This document shows positions 1 through 9,250 of a stretch of 64,000 bases of DNA, piece by piece (positions within the stretch are counted from its first letter, which is position 1; each line of letters begins with the position of its first letter). The position numbers were made by a program, and so were the translations under genes. The notes below the pieces were generated by a model, which saw only the letters and a program-made list of their open reading frames with translations, did no database searches and was not told the DNA's origin. Origin of the DNA: a virus; the IMG/VR virus record IMGVR_UViG_3300027969_000055, positions 52,371-116,370 of that record. One strand, given 5' to 3'.

Positions 1-12
1 CAATTGGCCATT

Positions 13-39
13 AAACTTATTTTGGCTAATTAGTATTAG
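13..39 (+). promoter_or_regulatory. non-late promoter motif AAAC-N16-GTATTAG upstream of dnaJ
   Basis: Same motif and spacing recur upstream of 8 other non-structural transcription units. Confidence 0.55.
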
Positions 40-63
40 ATACTAAATTACAATTCACATTTT

Positions 64-972
64 TTGAAGAATCACTACGAGACCCTTGGAGTTTTAGAAA
101 CCTCGACTCATGACGATATACGAAAAGCATATCGAAAACTTGCAACCAAATATCATCCAGATAAGAATAGCGGAAGCTCTGAAGCAGAAGATAAATTCAA
201 AGAAATTGCGGAAGCTTATGAAACTATCGGTAATGAAGATAAGCGTAAGGCTTATGACAATTCCAGAAAGTTTAATGGTTCAGCTAATGCTGATTTTTTT
301 GGTAATTTTGGATCTTTTAGAGACTTTTCATTTGGCGGAAATAGACCTCATGATTTTAGGAATTTAACAATAACTGTTGATAAGTGGGCAACTATTAAGG
401 AATTAATGGACGGAGCCTCATTTGATATACAATATATTGTAAATAAAACTATTTCAGGCTCGGCAAAATCTGAAAATAAACAAGTTAGGGTTAAAATTGA
501 CTTGACTAATGAAAGTTATCCGATTACATTTGATAATGGAAGATATTTAATTACGTTAAAGGTTAGAGGAGGCGGGTCAAGTCAAGAAATTGAAGAATTT
601 GATTATTTTAGTAAAAAAAGAAATGCAGTAGTTACTGGTGATTTAATAGTTCGTATAAACATTGATATGTTAGGACTTACAATTGACCAAAGTGATATTA
701 TTCAGGACTTTGAGCTAAGTTTACACGATATATTATTCACGGAAGAAGTTATCCTGGAGAGCCCAATGGGCAAAAAGTATCGTATTAAATCATTTAATCG
801 GGATACCTTAAGTAATATAACAGTTAAAATACCGAGTCAGGGCTTACTCTCTGCATTTGGCCATAAAGGAAATTATGTGTTTAAGATCTTGGTTAAAAAG
901 CCAAATTTTTCAAACATAAGTGAAGAAAACTTACAAATTTTAAAAGACTTGCTGATTGACGTTAATAAATAA
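64..972 (+). CDS. dnaJ: DnaJ/CbpA-like J-domain co-chaperone (no zinc finger)
   Basis: N-terminal J domain with HPD motif (KYHPDKN), G/F-rich linker, GDL motif of the C-terminal domain; TTG start. Confidence 0.85.
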   Translation: MKNHYETLGVLETSTHDDIRKAYRKLATKYHPDKNSGSSEAEDKFKEIAEAYETIGNEDKRKAYDNSRKFNGSANADFFGNFGSFRDFSFGGNRPHDFRNLTITVDKWATIKELMDGASFDIQYIVNKTISGSAKSENKQVRVKIDLTNESYPITFDNGRYLITLKVRGGGSSQEIEEFDYFSKKRNAVVTGDLIVRINIDMLGLTIDQSDIIQDFELSLHDILFTEEVILESPMGKKYRIKSFNRDTLSNITVKIPSQGLLSAFGHKGNYVFKILVKKPNFSNISEENLQILKDLLIDVNK

Positions 973-1011
973 TGTTAGTACGGCCTATCTAGAGTAATAA
1001 GAATGGGCGCG

Positions 1012-1019
1012 TATAAATA
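1012..1019 (+). promoter_or_regulatory. T4-type late promoter TATAAATA
   Basis: Exact T4 gp55 consensus about 20 bp before the prohead protease gene. Confidence 0.7.
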
Positions 1020-1039
1020 ATCAAAAAAGTCTGACTAAG

Positions 1040-3028
1040 TTGACTACTACTAATATTAAAAGTTTAAACCAGCCTGCTGTCCCAGAAAATTCAGTGTTTA
1101 TCATTGAACATCTAAATGAAGCGGTTACGGTAACTAGAGAAAACAATGATGTTATTCTTGAAGGTACTGCGGCAGTTTTTGGAGTAATGAACGAAAACAA
1201 TCGTATTTACGAAAAACAGGAATACTTACCTCATTTAACTTACTTAAATGAGAAGATCAAACAGCGTAGACTATTTGGTGAACTTGATCATCCACAAAAA
1301 TTTGACGTTTCATTAGCTAATGTATCTCACGTAATTGAGGGACTTACTTATGATGAACCAACTAATAGTGTAAAAATTAGACTTCGTCTATTAGATACAC
1401 CATGCGGTAGAATTGCAAAAACCTTGGTTGAAGCAGGTTGTACTACTTCAATTTCTTCAAGAGCTGCAGGTAATGTTGCTGAGAATGGAAAGGTTAAATT
1501 AGCAAAAATATTCACATACGATTTGGTTGCAGAACCAGGTTTTGCACAAGCAGCGCTTGGCCAAGTATCTGAAAGTTTGCAAAATAATTATTCAGCAATC
1601 TTTGAATCACTAGATTCATTAAGAACTACGGCAATCACTACCAAGTTAACAGATATTTCTGAAAACTTTGGTTTCGAGGATTCTGTGAAGATTTACAGAA
1701 TAAATAATCAAGAAATACCAACTAAACAAAATAACACACAGCAAATGGCTAATGAGTTTGTAACAAAAGAAGAGATGAATCAGTATTCTGAACTGGTTAA
1801 AAAGAAATTTTCTTCACTACAAGAGAACATCTCTAAAAACAACAAAGGTCTTCAAAAGATCAGCGAAAACGCAACCGAAGGAGAATCTCCAGTTGTTGCT
1901 AAAATGGTAGAATACGTTAACTATTTAGCTGGTGAAATGGAGCAATTGGTTGAATATTCTAACTATCTTTCAACAATGTTGAATCAAGGTATTAATTACA
2001 CTGAGCATGTTGCAGAGAAAGTTAATACAGTAATCGACTATTCTGACTACTTAGCAGAAAAAGTAGAAAAGAATATTCAATACTCTGACTATCTAGGAGA
2101 GAAAGTTAATCAAAACATTAACTATTCTGAATATATTGCAGAAAACGTAGAAAAAACAGTTGAATACGCTAACTACATTGCAGAAAACGTAGATAAAGGA
2201 ATTCAATACACTGAATACGTTGCAGAAAGTGCAGAAAAAGGAATTAAGTATTCTAACTATTTAGCTGAAAACTTAGATGCAGCTATTAAATACTCAAACT
2301 ATCTTGGAGAAAATCTTCAACAAGGTATTAAATACTCAGAATACATTGCTGAGACTCTAAATGAGAAAATTACACCATCTGCTTTAACTAAAACTCGTTC
2401 TTTACTTGGAGAAGTTAAAAAATTAAACGAAGGTGTAGAATTTGAAGTTAATGAAACTTCTTCAGTTGACGATTTAGTTGGAGCAGTTGATGGAATCTTA
2501 ACTCACATTAAGTCAAATTCAGCTAAAGCTGTTTTGGAAAACAAATATCCATTCTTAAAATTGTTAAACGAAGGTCGTAAACAAGCATTCTATAATTTAG
2601 ATCAAACTACTAAATCGGCAATCGTTGAAACAATGCAAGGAGCGATCTACTTTAACGAAGGTGAAGTAGTTAATATTATGGAAGCTGTTCTTAACAAACA
2701 AGTTGAAAACACTCCTAACTATATTAAACTTATGCCAGCTGCATACAAGCAATTATTTGAAAGTATGACTGAAGGAGAAAGAAATTGGATGGCTTCTCAA
2801 GCTAACAACTTCACTCTAAATACTTCGTATCAAGTTAAGTCTTTCTGGGATTCTCGCGATTTCAGAGGAATTAATGAAAGAATTGCAACTGAGACAATTA
2901 TAAATAATAATTCTATTAACGAAAACCAAGGTAAAGAAGGTTACGTATCGTTAAACCAAATAAACGAAAGTCTACGTGGTTATTCTAATAACTACATGGA
3001 CGCTCTTAAAAGAAGAGCACAAAATTAA
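1040..3028 (+). CDS. gp21: Prohead protease (gp21-like) fused to a scaffold/core (gp22-like) region
   Basis: NENNRIY, GELDHP, SHVI, ISSRAAG and YDLVAEPG motifs in the first ~170 aa; long helical repeat region follows; directly upstream of the major capsid gene. Confidence 0.85.
   Translation: MTTTNIKSLNQPAVPENSVFIIEHLNEAVTVTRENNDVILEGTAAVFGVMNENNRIYEKQEYLPHLTYLNEKIKQRRLFGELDHPQKFDVSLANVSHVIEGLTYDEPTNSVKIRLRLLDTPCGRIAKTLVEAGCTTSISSRAAGNVAENGKVKLAKIFTYDLVAEPGFAQAALGQVSESLQNNYSAIFESLDSLRTTAITTKLTDISENFGFEDSVKIYRINNQEIPTKQNNTQQMANEFVTKEEMNQYSELVKKKFSSLQENISKNNKGLQKISENATEGESPVVAKMVEYVNYLAGEMEQLVEYSNYLSTMLNQGINYTEHVAEKVNTVIDYSDYLAEKVEKNIQYSDYLGEKVNQNINYSEYIAENVEKTVEYANYIAENVDKGIQYTEYVAESAEKGIKYSNYLAENLDAAIKYSNYLGENLQQGIKYSEYIAETLNEKITPSALTKTRSLLGEVKKLNEGVEFEVNETSSVDDLVGAVDGILTHIKSNSAKAVLENKYPFLKLLNEGRKQAFYNLDQTTKSAIVETMQGAIYFNEGEVVNIMEAVLNKQVENTPNYIKLMPAAYKQLFESMTEGERNWMASQANNFTLNTSYQVKSFWDSRDFRGINERIATETIINNNSINENQGKEGYVSLNQINESLRGYSNNYMDALKRRAQN
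1907..2368 (+). repeat. 11 tandem 14-aa (42-bp) repeats, consensus I-x-Y-S-x-Y-[LI]-A-E-x-[VL], in the scaffold region
   Basis: VEYVNYLAGEMEQL / VEYSNYLSTMLNQG / ... / IKYSEYIAETLNEK. Confidence 0.85.
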
Positions 3029-3046
3029 AAAAACATTTTTTAAAAA

Positions 3047-4768
3047 ATGGCAACAAAAATTTTCAAAAAATTGAACGACGCTTCAATTAAGGAAACTTGG
3101 ACCCCAGTTTTAGAAGGTTATGGTGCAAACGTTACAGCTCGCCCTTGGTTAGTTGACTACGCTCACAATCATGCTATCTTCGATAACGCAGGTTCAATCA
3201 ATGAAGCAAACACTGGAGTAGCTCCAGGTTTATTCTTACAACAACCTGGTTCTATCAGTGCTATGGGTGCAATTAGTTCTCCAACGAGTTCTATGACTCC
3301 ATTCACAGGTGGTGCTAAAAACGGTTACGGTGCTTCTGTATCTGGTTCTGGTGATAAATTCCCAAGCCTTTTACCAGTTGCAATCCAAGTAGCTGCTAAA
3401 ACTATTGGTTTCGACCTAGTTGGTGTAGTTCCTATGGATTCTCCAGTAGGTTTCCTACCTTACTTGGATTATGTATACCAAGGTGGTAACATCGACAAAC
3501 AATATGAGCCTTATTTAATTAAGATCACTGGTTTGTTAGAAAATGCTGCAGGTTCTACAGTAAACGGTATTGCAAATGGTGATAAATTCCCAGTATCTAA
3601 ATTGCCTTTTACTGAAGGTCTTAACTACGGTATTAACGAAAGTAATACTGACTTAGTTTTACAATTCGTTGGTAAATCACGTGTTGATGGTTCTCCAATC
3701 TTCAAAGTTATCCTATCTCATGATGGTGGTACTCTTGCTGATTACTTTGCAGCTGACGTTGATATTCAACCAGCAAATGCAACTGACGTTTCAGGTACTG
3801 CGGTAGTAACTTTCCGTACAGCTGATAACAAAGTTGAATTAGTTTCTGCTTTAGAAAACCATATTTCTGGTTTTACTTCAGTATCTGACGCTGATTACGC
3901 TACATCTGATTTCAACGGTCCTTATATGGGATCTACTGGAACTCAAATGGAAGGTATGGCTCGTCAAACTGCTGAAACTTCTAAATTCCGTCAAATGGGT
4001 CTTCGTATGTTCACTAAGTTCATCGAAGCAAAAGGAGATCAAGTTTCTATTTCAGCAACTGTTGAACAAATCCAAGATCTTAACCGAGTTTGGAACTTTG
4101 ACGTAATCTCTATGTTAGAGAATGTAGCAGTTAACGAATTAGCTCAATCAATCAACAAAAAGTTAGTTGACCGTGTTCTTAATTTAGGATCAGTTCACGC
4201 TACTGCTGTTGAAGGTGTTGAAGGTGCAGGTATCACTACTTTGGACCTAACTGTTGGAACAACTGGATTTGAGAATATCTCAACTCTACAACGTCGTGTT
4301 GTAACTAAAATTCTTGAAATGGCTAACTTGATTTATCATAGAGGTCGTTTCGGTGCAGGTACATACATCGTTACTAACGGTCGTGTTGCTTCTGCTTTAG
4401 CAGATGTAGCTGGTTACTCTTTCGCTCCATTCAATAATGATCTTCCATCTACTGCTGGTCAATTGTATCCTGCAGGTAAAGTACATGGTTTAACCATCTA
4501 CGTTGATCCTAACTTGAAATTCAGCGATAACCGTATCCATATCGGTCGTAAAGGTGCTGATGAAGAGCCAGGTGTTAAATTCCTTCCATATATCATGGCA
4601 GAGAGTCTTCAAACAATTGCAGAGGGAACTTTCTCTCCGAAAATTGGTATGAAATCTCGTTATGCTATTACCGAAGCTGGATGGCACCCAGAAACTCAAT
4701 ACATTACGTTGGCTGTAACAGGTCTAGGAGTATTGACTGGTTCAACTCGCCCTGCTTCTTCTTACTAA
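3047..4768 (+). CDS. gp23: Major capsid protein (T4 gp23-like)
   Basis: DLVGVVPMDSPVG, EQIQDL, ELAQSINK, YIMAES and PKIGMKSRYA match the gp23 family; strong codon bias. Confidence 0.93.
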   Translation: MATKIFKKLNDASIKETWTPVLEGYGANVTARPWLVDYAHNHAIFDNAGSINEANTGVAPGLFLQQPGSISAMGAISSPTSSMTPFTGGAKNGYGASVSGSGDKFPSLLPVAIQVAAKTIGFDLVGVVPMDSPVGFLPYLDYVYQGGNIDKQYEPYLIKITGLLENAAGSTVNGIANGDKFPVSKLPFTEGLNYGINESNTDLVLQFVGKSRVDGSPIFKVILSHDGGTLADYFAADVDIQPANATDVSGTAVVTFRTADNKVELVSALENHISGFTSVSDADYATSDFNGPYMGSTGTQMEGMARQTAETSKFRQMGLRMFTKFIEAKGDQVSISATVEQIQDLNRVWNFDVISMLENVAVNELAQSINKKLVDRVLNLGSVHATAVEGVEGAGITTLDLTVGTTGFENISTLQRRVVTKILEMANLIYHRGRFGAGTYIVTNGRVASALADVAGYSFAPFNNDLPSTAGQLYPAGKVHGLTIYVDPNLKFSDNRIHIGRKGADEEPGVKFLPYIMAESLQTIAEGTFSPKIGMKSRYAITEAGWHPETQYITLAVTGLGVLTGSTRPASSY

Positions 4769-4795
4769 TCATAAGAATTAATAAGCTTAATACGG

Positions 4796-4830
4796 AAAAG
4801 GCTCCTCACAAGGGAGCCTTTTTCTTTTTT
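4796..4830 (+). terminator. Rho-independent terminator after the major capsid gene
   Basis: aaaaggctcc-tcacaag-ggagcctttt followed by a T-run. Confidence 0.85.
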
Positions 4831-4844
4831 AAGGACGGGTCGCT

Positions 4845-4853
4845 AATAAATAA
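4845..4853 (+). promoter_or_regulatory. late promoter-like AATAAATAA
   Basis: Immediately after the terminator, upstream of the small head-protein cluster. Confidence 0.55.
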
Positions 4854-4886
4854 CATTCTAAAGTACTTAAAAAATAATACAAACAA

Positions 4887-5252
4887 ATGAGCAATTCTGT
4901 TTTAAACTACTCACAATTTCTTTTAGAAAAGAAAGCAATCAACCAAGAAATGGCTGAATTACCTAAAGGTAAAGGTTCAAAATCTAACACTACTGTAAAA
5001 CCAGCAATGTCTGAACTTCCTAAAGGAAAAGGAAAGGGTATTAGCAAATCAGTAAAACCTGAAATGGCTACTCTTCCTAAAGGAAAAGGTAAAATGATTG
5101 GCAAATCAGTAGATACAAAAGTTTCTAAATTACCTACAACTAAAGGTTCTTCACCTAAAAAATCAGTAGACTCTAAAATGTCTAAATTGGTAATTAAAGG
5201 TAAAGCTATTAGTAAGAAAGTTGAGCCTAACATGGCTAAAATGCCTAAGTAA
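4887..5252 (+). CDS. Lys-rich repetitive basic protein, putative internal head/DNA-condensing protein
   Basis: N-terminal LNYSQFLLE motif, then about five 19-aa M-x-x-LPKGKG repeats. Confidence 0.7.
   Translation: MSNSVLNYSQFLLEKKAINQEMAELPKGKGSKSNTTVKPAMSELPKGKGKGISKSVKPEMATLPKGKGKMIGKSVDTKVSKLPTTKGSSPKKSVDSKMSKLVIKGKAISKKVEPNMAKMPK
4950..5249 (+). repeat. about 5 degenerate 57-bp (19-aa) tandem repeats
   Basis: MAELPKGKG.. / MSELPKGKG.. / MATLPKGKG.. / VSKLPTTKG.. / MSKLVIKGK.. Confidence 0.8.
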
Positions 5253-5271
5253 TTAAAAAACCCATTCTGAA

Positions 5272-5577
5272 ATGTCAGATCAAAACAAACATAAGGTCAC
5301 GTCCTTTCAGTCGTTCGTTGTTCAAGAAAATTCAATAAAGGATTTAGTTGGAAAAACTGATGATGAGCAATTGGACTTAGATGATGCTCGTAGTATCGGA
5401 AAGAAGATTTCAAAAATGAAAGGTGAAGATCGTAAGAAATACGTTGGAATCGTTAATTTTATGGGAGCATCTTGTAGAATTTACAATGAGATTTGGGCTA
5501 ACTATAAACCAGTTGATCCATCAACTAAAAAATCAAACCGTGGAAAAGAATTCCAAGGTGAAAAAGAAGTAGGTTAA
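5272..5577 (+). CDS. hypothetical protein, putative internal head protein
   Basis: ORF in the late cluster; VTSFQSFVVQE N-terminal motif. Confidence 0.65.
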   Translation: MSDQNKHKVTSFQSFVVQENSIKDLVGKTDDEQLDLDDARSIGKKISKMKGEDRKKYVGIVNFMGASCRIYNEIWANYKPVDPSTKKSNRGKEFQGEKEVG

Positions 5578-5580
5578 TAA

Positions 5581-6720
5581 TTGAGCGCACAAGGAGTAAT
5601 AGCTGAATCAACCGTAAGTTTTAAAATAACTTGGGATAATCCAGGCAATGGTCAACAGCCAAAGTGGGATCAAAATAAACAGTCAATTGAGTTACATCAA
5701 ACTGATGTTTATCCTGATCTGGAATATGTATCAGCATTTGCAGCTCCAATCTATACTAAGTATACGTCTGGATCACTTCTAAATGACTTAATAGTTGAGA
5801 TCAATAAAGTTATTGACTCTAAATTAGCAAGTAAGTCTGACAAAAAGAAAAAGGTTGATGAATTGTATCTTAATTCTGGACCTTCTGCTCCTAAACAATT
5901 AGGGGCTGGCCAAGAAGAAGATGCTGAAGAAGATGATGAATTGTATCTTAAGGCTGGACCTTCTGCTCCTAAACAATTAGGGGCTGGCCAAGAAGAAGAT
6001 GCTGAAGAAGATGATAAATTATATCTTAAGGCTGGACCTTCTGCTCCTAAACAATTAGGTGCTGGCCAAGAAGAAGAGACCCAGATTAAAGCAGATGATG
6101 AGAAGCCCGCTGAGATTATTGATACTAATAAAGAAGTAGATGATGAACCTAATGTGAAGACTGATGATCAGGAGTTAGTTACTGCAACTACCACCATTGC
6201 ACCAGAAAAAAGAGCGTCATCTGCGTACACAGTTACAGTATACGGAGATAAACTAAGATTTTTAGAGGGTCAAGAAGGAAGAGGAGCTTATTCTGCTGGA
6301 ATTAAGTTTCTATATAAAGTTTCAAATAACCTGACCAAACAAGTAGCTGGAGATAAAATTGATAACCGGGAAAAGATTTGGGCAGAAGTTTCTGGATCTG
6401 GTCTATTATCAAATGTAATACGATTTGAATTTGCCGAGTTTGATGAAATTGAATTTAAGTTTGGAGGAAATTTACTAGCTCAGGTATTTCCATCAATTGA
6501 ATTAAGTTTTACGCCTGATCCAAATTCAGTGTACTCAAAAGAAAAGCCTGAACTTGATATTGCAGATGTTATTAAGGCAACTAATATTACGTTAGGCACC
6601 AAAACAACCTCTGAGATTAAGTCTCTACAGAAACAAATACAAAAAGAAATTGAATCGCGTGAACCTGTTGAAAAACAAAAGCAACCTGGTAAACAAAGCG
6701 CTTCGATTGATAATAAATAA
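5581..6720 (+). CDS. hypothetical virion-associated protein with an internal tandem repeat
   Basis: 379-aa ORF, TTG start, between head genes and tail tube gene. Confidence 0.7.
   Translation: MSAQGVIAESTVSFKITWDNPGNGQQPKWDQNKQSIELHQTDVYPDLEYVSAFAAPIYTKYTSGSLLNDLIVEINKVIDSKLASKSDKKKKVDELYLNSGPSAPKQLGAGQEEDAEEDDELYLKAGPSAPKQLGAGQEEDAEEDDKLYLKAGPSAPKQLGAGQEEETQIKADDEKPAEIIDTNKEVDDEPNVKTDDQELVTATTTIAPEKRASSAYTVTVYGDKLRFLEGQEGRGAYSAGIKFLYKVSNNLTKQVAGDKIDNREKIWAEVSGSGLLSNVIRFEFAEFDEIEFKFGGNLLAQVFPSIELSFTPDPNSVYSKEKPELDIADVIKATNITLGTKTTSEIKSLQKQIQKEIESREPVEKQKQPGKQSASIDNK
5857..6077 (+). repeat. about 2.8 near-identical 78-bp tandem repeats (DELYLKAGPSAPKQLGAGQEEDAEED)
   Basis: Copies start at 5857, 5935 and 6013 and are nearly identical at DNA level. 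Confidence 0.95.
6712..6720 (+). promoter_or_regulatory. late promoter-like AATAAATAA upstream of the tail tube gene
   Basis: Overlaps the upstream stop codon, about 20 bp before the ATG. Confidence 0.55.
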
Positions 6721-6739
6721 CTAAAAAATACGAGATAAA

Positions 6740-7327
6740 ATGGCAGGTCTACCACATTTTAAAAATTCAACAGCAGGTCCAGCTAAGTATGAACCCTTGT
6801 ACCTTAATCAATTTGAGGTGATTATTACTCCGCCGCCTTTGGTTGCAGGTAAAATCGGCTTTGGTAATAATTTAATGCTTGAACATGTACTTAAGGTAAC
6901 AAGTTTGCCAGAATATGCAGGTTCAGGTTCAGCAGTAGTTACCCAAAACTATAAATTCTCTCAAAGAACTTTTGCTCCAGCTAAACCGGCTCAAACATAT
7001 CATCAATTTACAATTGATTTTGAGGTTAACTTAAATAACAATAATGATATGTATATCTACAATGCTTTAAGAGCATGGGCAGATTTAATATACGATCCAT
7101 TGACTGGTCGTCAAGGCCTAAAGACTGATTACGCCGATGCAAGCATTCAAGTAACTCAGTTTAATAGAGCTGGTGTAATTTATAGAGATTTTACATTTGG
7201 TCCAGTATTTATTGGTCCAAACAAAATGACTGAAACTGTTCTTGACTATACAGCGGATAATTCAATTTATAAGTTAACTGCACAGTTCACAGCAGATGCT
7301 TACAAAGAATCAAGAATTGGTCAATAA
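6740..7327 (+). CDS. gp19: Tail tube protein (T4 gp19-like)
   Basis: Size 195 aa; NQFEV, WADLIYDPLTG-x-GLKTDY, QFNRAG and LDY motifs typical of gp19. Confidence 0.8.
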   Translation: MAGLPHFKNSTAGPAKYEPLYLNQFEVIITPPPLVAGKIGFGNNLMLEHVLKVTSLPEYAGSGSAVVTQNYKFSQRTFAPAKPAQTYHQFTIDFEVNLNNNNDMYIYNALRAWADLIYDPLTGRQGLKTDYADASIQVTQFNRAGVIYRDFTFGPVFIGPNKMTETVLDYTADNSIYKLTAQFTADAYKESRIGQ

Positions 7328-7345
7328 AATAACAGGTATTATCAC

Positions 7346-8002
7346 ATGGACATTTTTAATGTAAAACGCAGAGACAATCCTTCAATGGATAGTTATATGG
7401 ACCTAAAGAAACCTGGTTTTGGCGGTCCAAATTCAAAGGAAGACTTTGATAAATCAAAAAGAAAATCACTTGAAGGATACCAACGAGTAGTTGACAGAAA
7501 TGCCGATTTCGAAGGTGGAAATTTCAATCATAATTATGATCCAACGTGGAAAGCAGTAACCCGTGATTTAATTTCAAGAACTGCAAAGAAAAAACCATTT
7601 AATCCAATGTACGCAAAACAAACAATTGCAACAGTTAATGCTGTTGAAGAAGGTACTATCAAACGCTTTGAACAATTCGTTAATGAAAACGAAGGTTTTA
7701 ATATGTTCGCTGAAGCCGAAGAAGAAACTCCAGAAATGGAAGAAACTCCAGAAATGGAAGAAGAATCAGAAGTAGATCAAGAACAAGTAGAAATGCTAAT
7801 GGCAGATTTCGGAGACGATCTTGAAGAAATGATTGATGAAATCGCTGAAAAAATGGAACTTGAAAAAGAAGAAGTTTGTGATATTTTATGTGCAGCTATT
7901 AAAAAGATGTGCGCTCCTGCTGAAGAAGAGGAAGAAGAAAATCAAGAAGGTGAAGAAGAATCTACTGAAGACGAAGAAGAAGAAGAAGAAACCGAAGCAT
8001 AA
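7346..8002 (+). CDS. hypothetical protein with a very acidic C-terminal half, putative head core protein
   Basis: Glu-rich C-terminus; internal IKRFEQFVNE motif. Confidence 0.7.
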   Translation: MDIFNVKRRDNPSMDSYMDLKKPGFGGPNSKEDFDKSKRKSLEGYQRVVDRNADFEGGNFNHNYDPTWKAVTRDLISRTAKKKPFNPMYAKQTIATVNAVEEGTIKRFEQFVNENEGFNMFAEAEEETPEMEETPEMEEESEVDQEQVEMLMADFGDDLEEMIDEIAEKMELEKEEVCDILCAAIKKMCAPAEEEEEENQEGEEESTEDEEEEEETEA

Positions 8003-8005
8003 TTA

Positions 8006-8359
8006 ATGAAGCTGATTAAATTATTTGAACAATGGGTTTCTGAAGAAGAAAAGGCCGTAGATTCTCCTAAAGCTGAGGATACTACAAAACCATCTAATTC
8101 ATATAATCTTAAAGTATCAACTAATCAAGTTGGTAACTTTGAAGTTGTCGGAACATCTGAGTCAGAATTAACAACTGACTCGACTAAGTCATTTAACGTA
8201 ATTAGCTCTACTAATGCAAGTATTAAGAACGGCGCAACTATTATGGTTTCTCCAAAAGCTGATACTGATGGAGAATTTGATATTGTTATTGTAAATGACA
8301 AAAGTAAACCGGAAGAATCATTAATTTATTCAGGCACAGTAGAAACTACTAAATCGTAA
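8006..8359 (+). CDS. hypothetical protein, putative internal head protein
   Basis: MKLIKLFEQWVSE N-terminus. Confidence 0.65.
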   Translation: MKLIKLFEQWVSEEEKAVDSPKAEDTTKPSNSYNLKVSTNQVGNFEVVGTSESELTTDSTKSFNVISSTNASIKNGATIMVSPKADTDGEFDIVIVNDKSKPEESLIYSGTVETTKS

Positions 8360-8383
8360 ATTCTAAGTATACAAAATTAAATT

Positions 8384-8406
8384 AGGGGCTTTACTGCCCC
8401 TTTTTT
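8384..8406 (+). terminator. terminator between convergent units
   Basis: aggggc-tttact-gcccct followed by a T-run. Confidence 0.7.
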
Positions 8407-8792
8407 ATTGTATATACTCCAGCTAATTCACCTATTTCCAATTCAGAATCAATTAGATGTGGAACAAAGGTTATTGTTGAATAGGCTGTATTCAAGAACT
8501 TAACCGTATTATTAATATTACTTGTGCTAAGCCCTGCGTTAACGTAAATTATTCGATTATACTTTCGATTTCTAACATTAACCGCTTTGTCTATGAGTTT
8601 CTTAATCTCATAGTTAATTAAGAATGACTGTATTCTATTTGGGACTAGAATGTCCTGATCAAATTTTTCCTTAATGATTTTATTTACGTTTAGTAAATAG
8701 TCACATTTTTGTTTTTTAGTAAAAATTTGAATGAATTGTTTTTGATCCTTTACGAAAATTATTTCGAGAGTACGATCTATTGAATCTATCAT
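8391..8792 (-). CDS. hypothetical protein
   Basis: ORF coupled to the dCMP deaminase gene by an ATGA overlap. Confidence 0.65.
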   Translation of the reverse strand: MIDSIDRTLEIIFVKDQKQFIQIFTKKQKCDYLLNVNKIIKEKFDQDILVPNRIQSFLINYEIKKLIDKAVNVRNRKYNRIIYVNAGLSTSNINNTVKFLNTAYSTITFVPHLIDSELEIGELAGVYTIKKGQ

Positions 8793-9250
8793 ATCGAATC
8801 ATGGTCGATTTTTTTAACCTCAATTCCAGCACGGCGTAAAAAATCTAAGCCGTGTATATCTCTATATTCTTCAAGATACACAACTCTTTTAATACCTGAT
8901 TGTAGAATTAATTTGCTACAGTCGGTACATGGAGAATATGTGATGTATAAGGTTGCGCCATCGCTACTTTGAGTAGACTTAGCGACTTTTGCTAGTGCAT
9001 TGGATTCGGCATGTAAAACATACCATTTGGTTTTATATTCTTTAAACGAACCGTCTTCATTATTAATAGCCTCTTCGCATTCATTTTCAAAACCAGACGG
9101 GGTTCCATTGAATCCATCTGATATAATAGTGTTGTTCTTTACGATTAAAGCGCCAACTTTTTTTCTAGTTGCATGAGATAGCTCTGCCCAAACTTGGGCC
9201 ATTTTAATGTATGCTATATCTATTTTATGTTGCTTTTGAGACATTATCAT
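8789..9250 (-). CDS. cd: dCMP deaminase
   Basis: KVGA, GFNGTPSG, HAESNA and SPCTDC zinc-binding motifs. Confidence 0.92.
   Translation of the reverse strand: MIMSQKQHKIDIAYIKMAQVWAELSHATRKKVGALIVKNNTIISDGFNGTPSGFENECEEAINNEDGSFKEYKTKWYVLHAESNALAKVAKSTQSSDGATLYITYSPCTDCSKLILQSGIKRVVYLEEYRDIHGLDFLRRAGIEVKKIDHDSI

Noticed and set aside
1907-6077. Tandem repeats considered as a CRISPR array
   Set aside because: The repeats are in-frame coding units without unique spacers, and no cas genes are present
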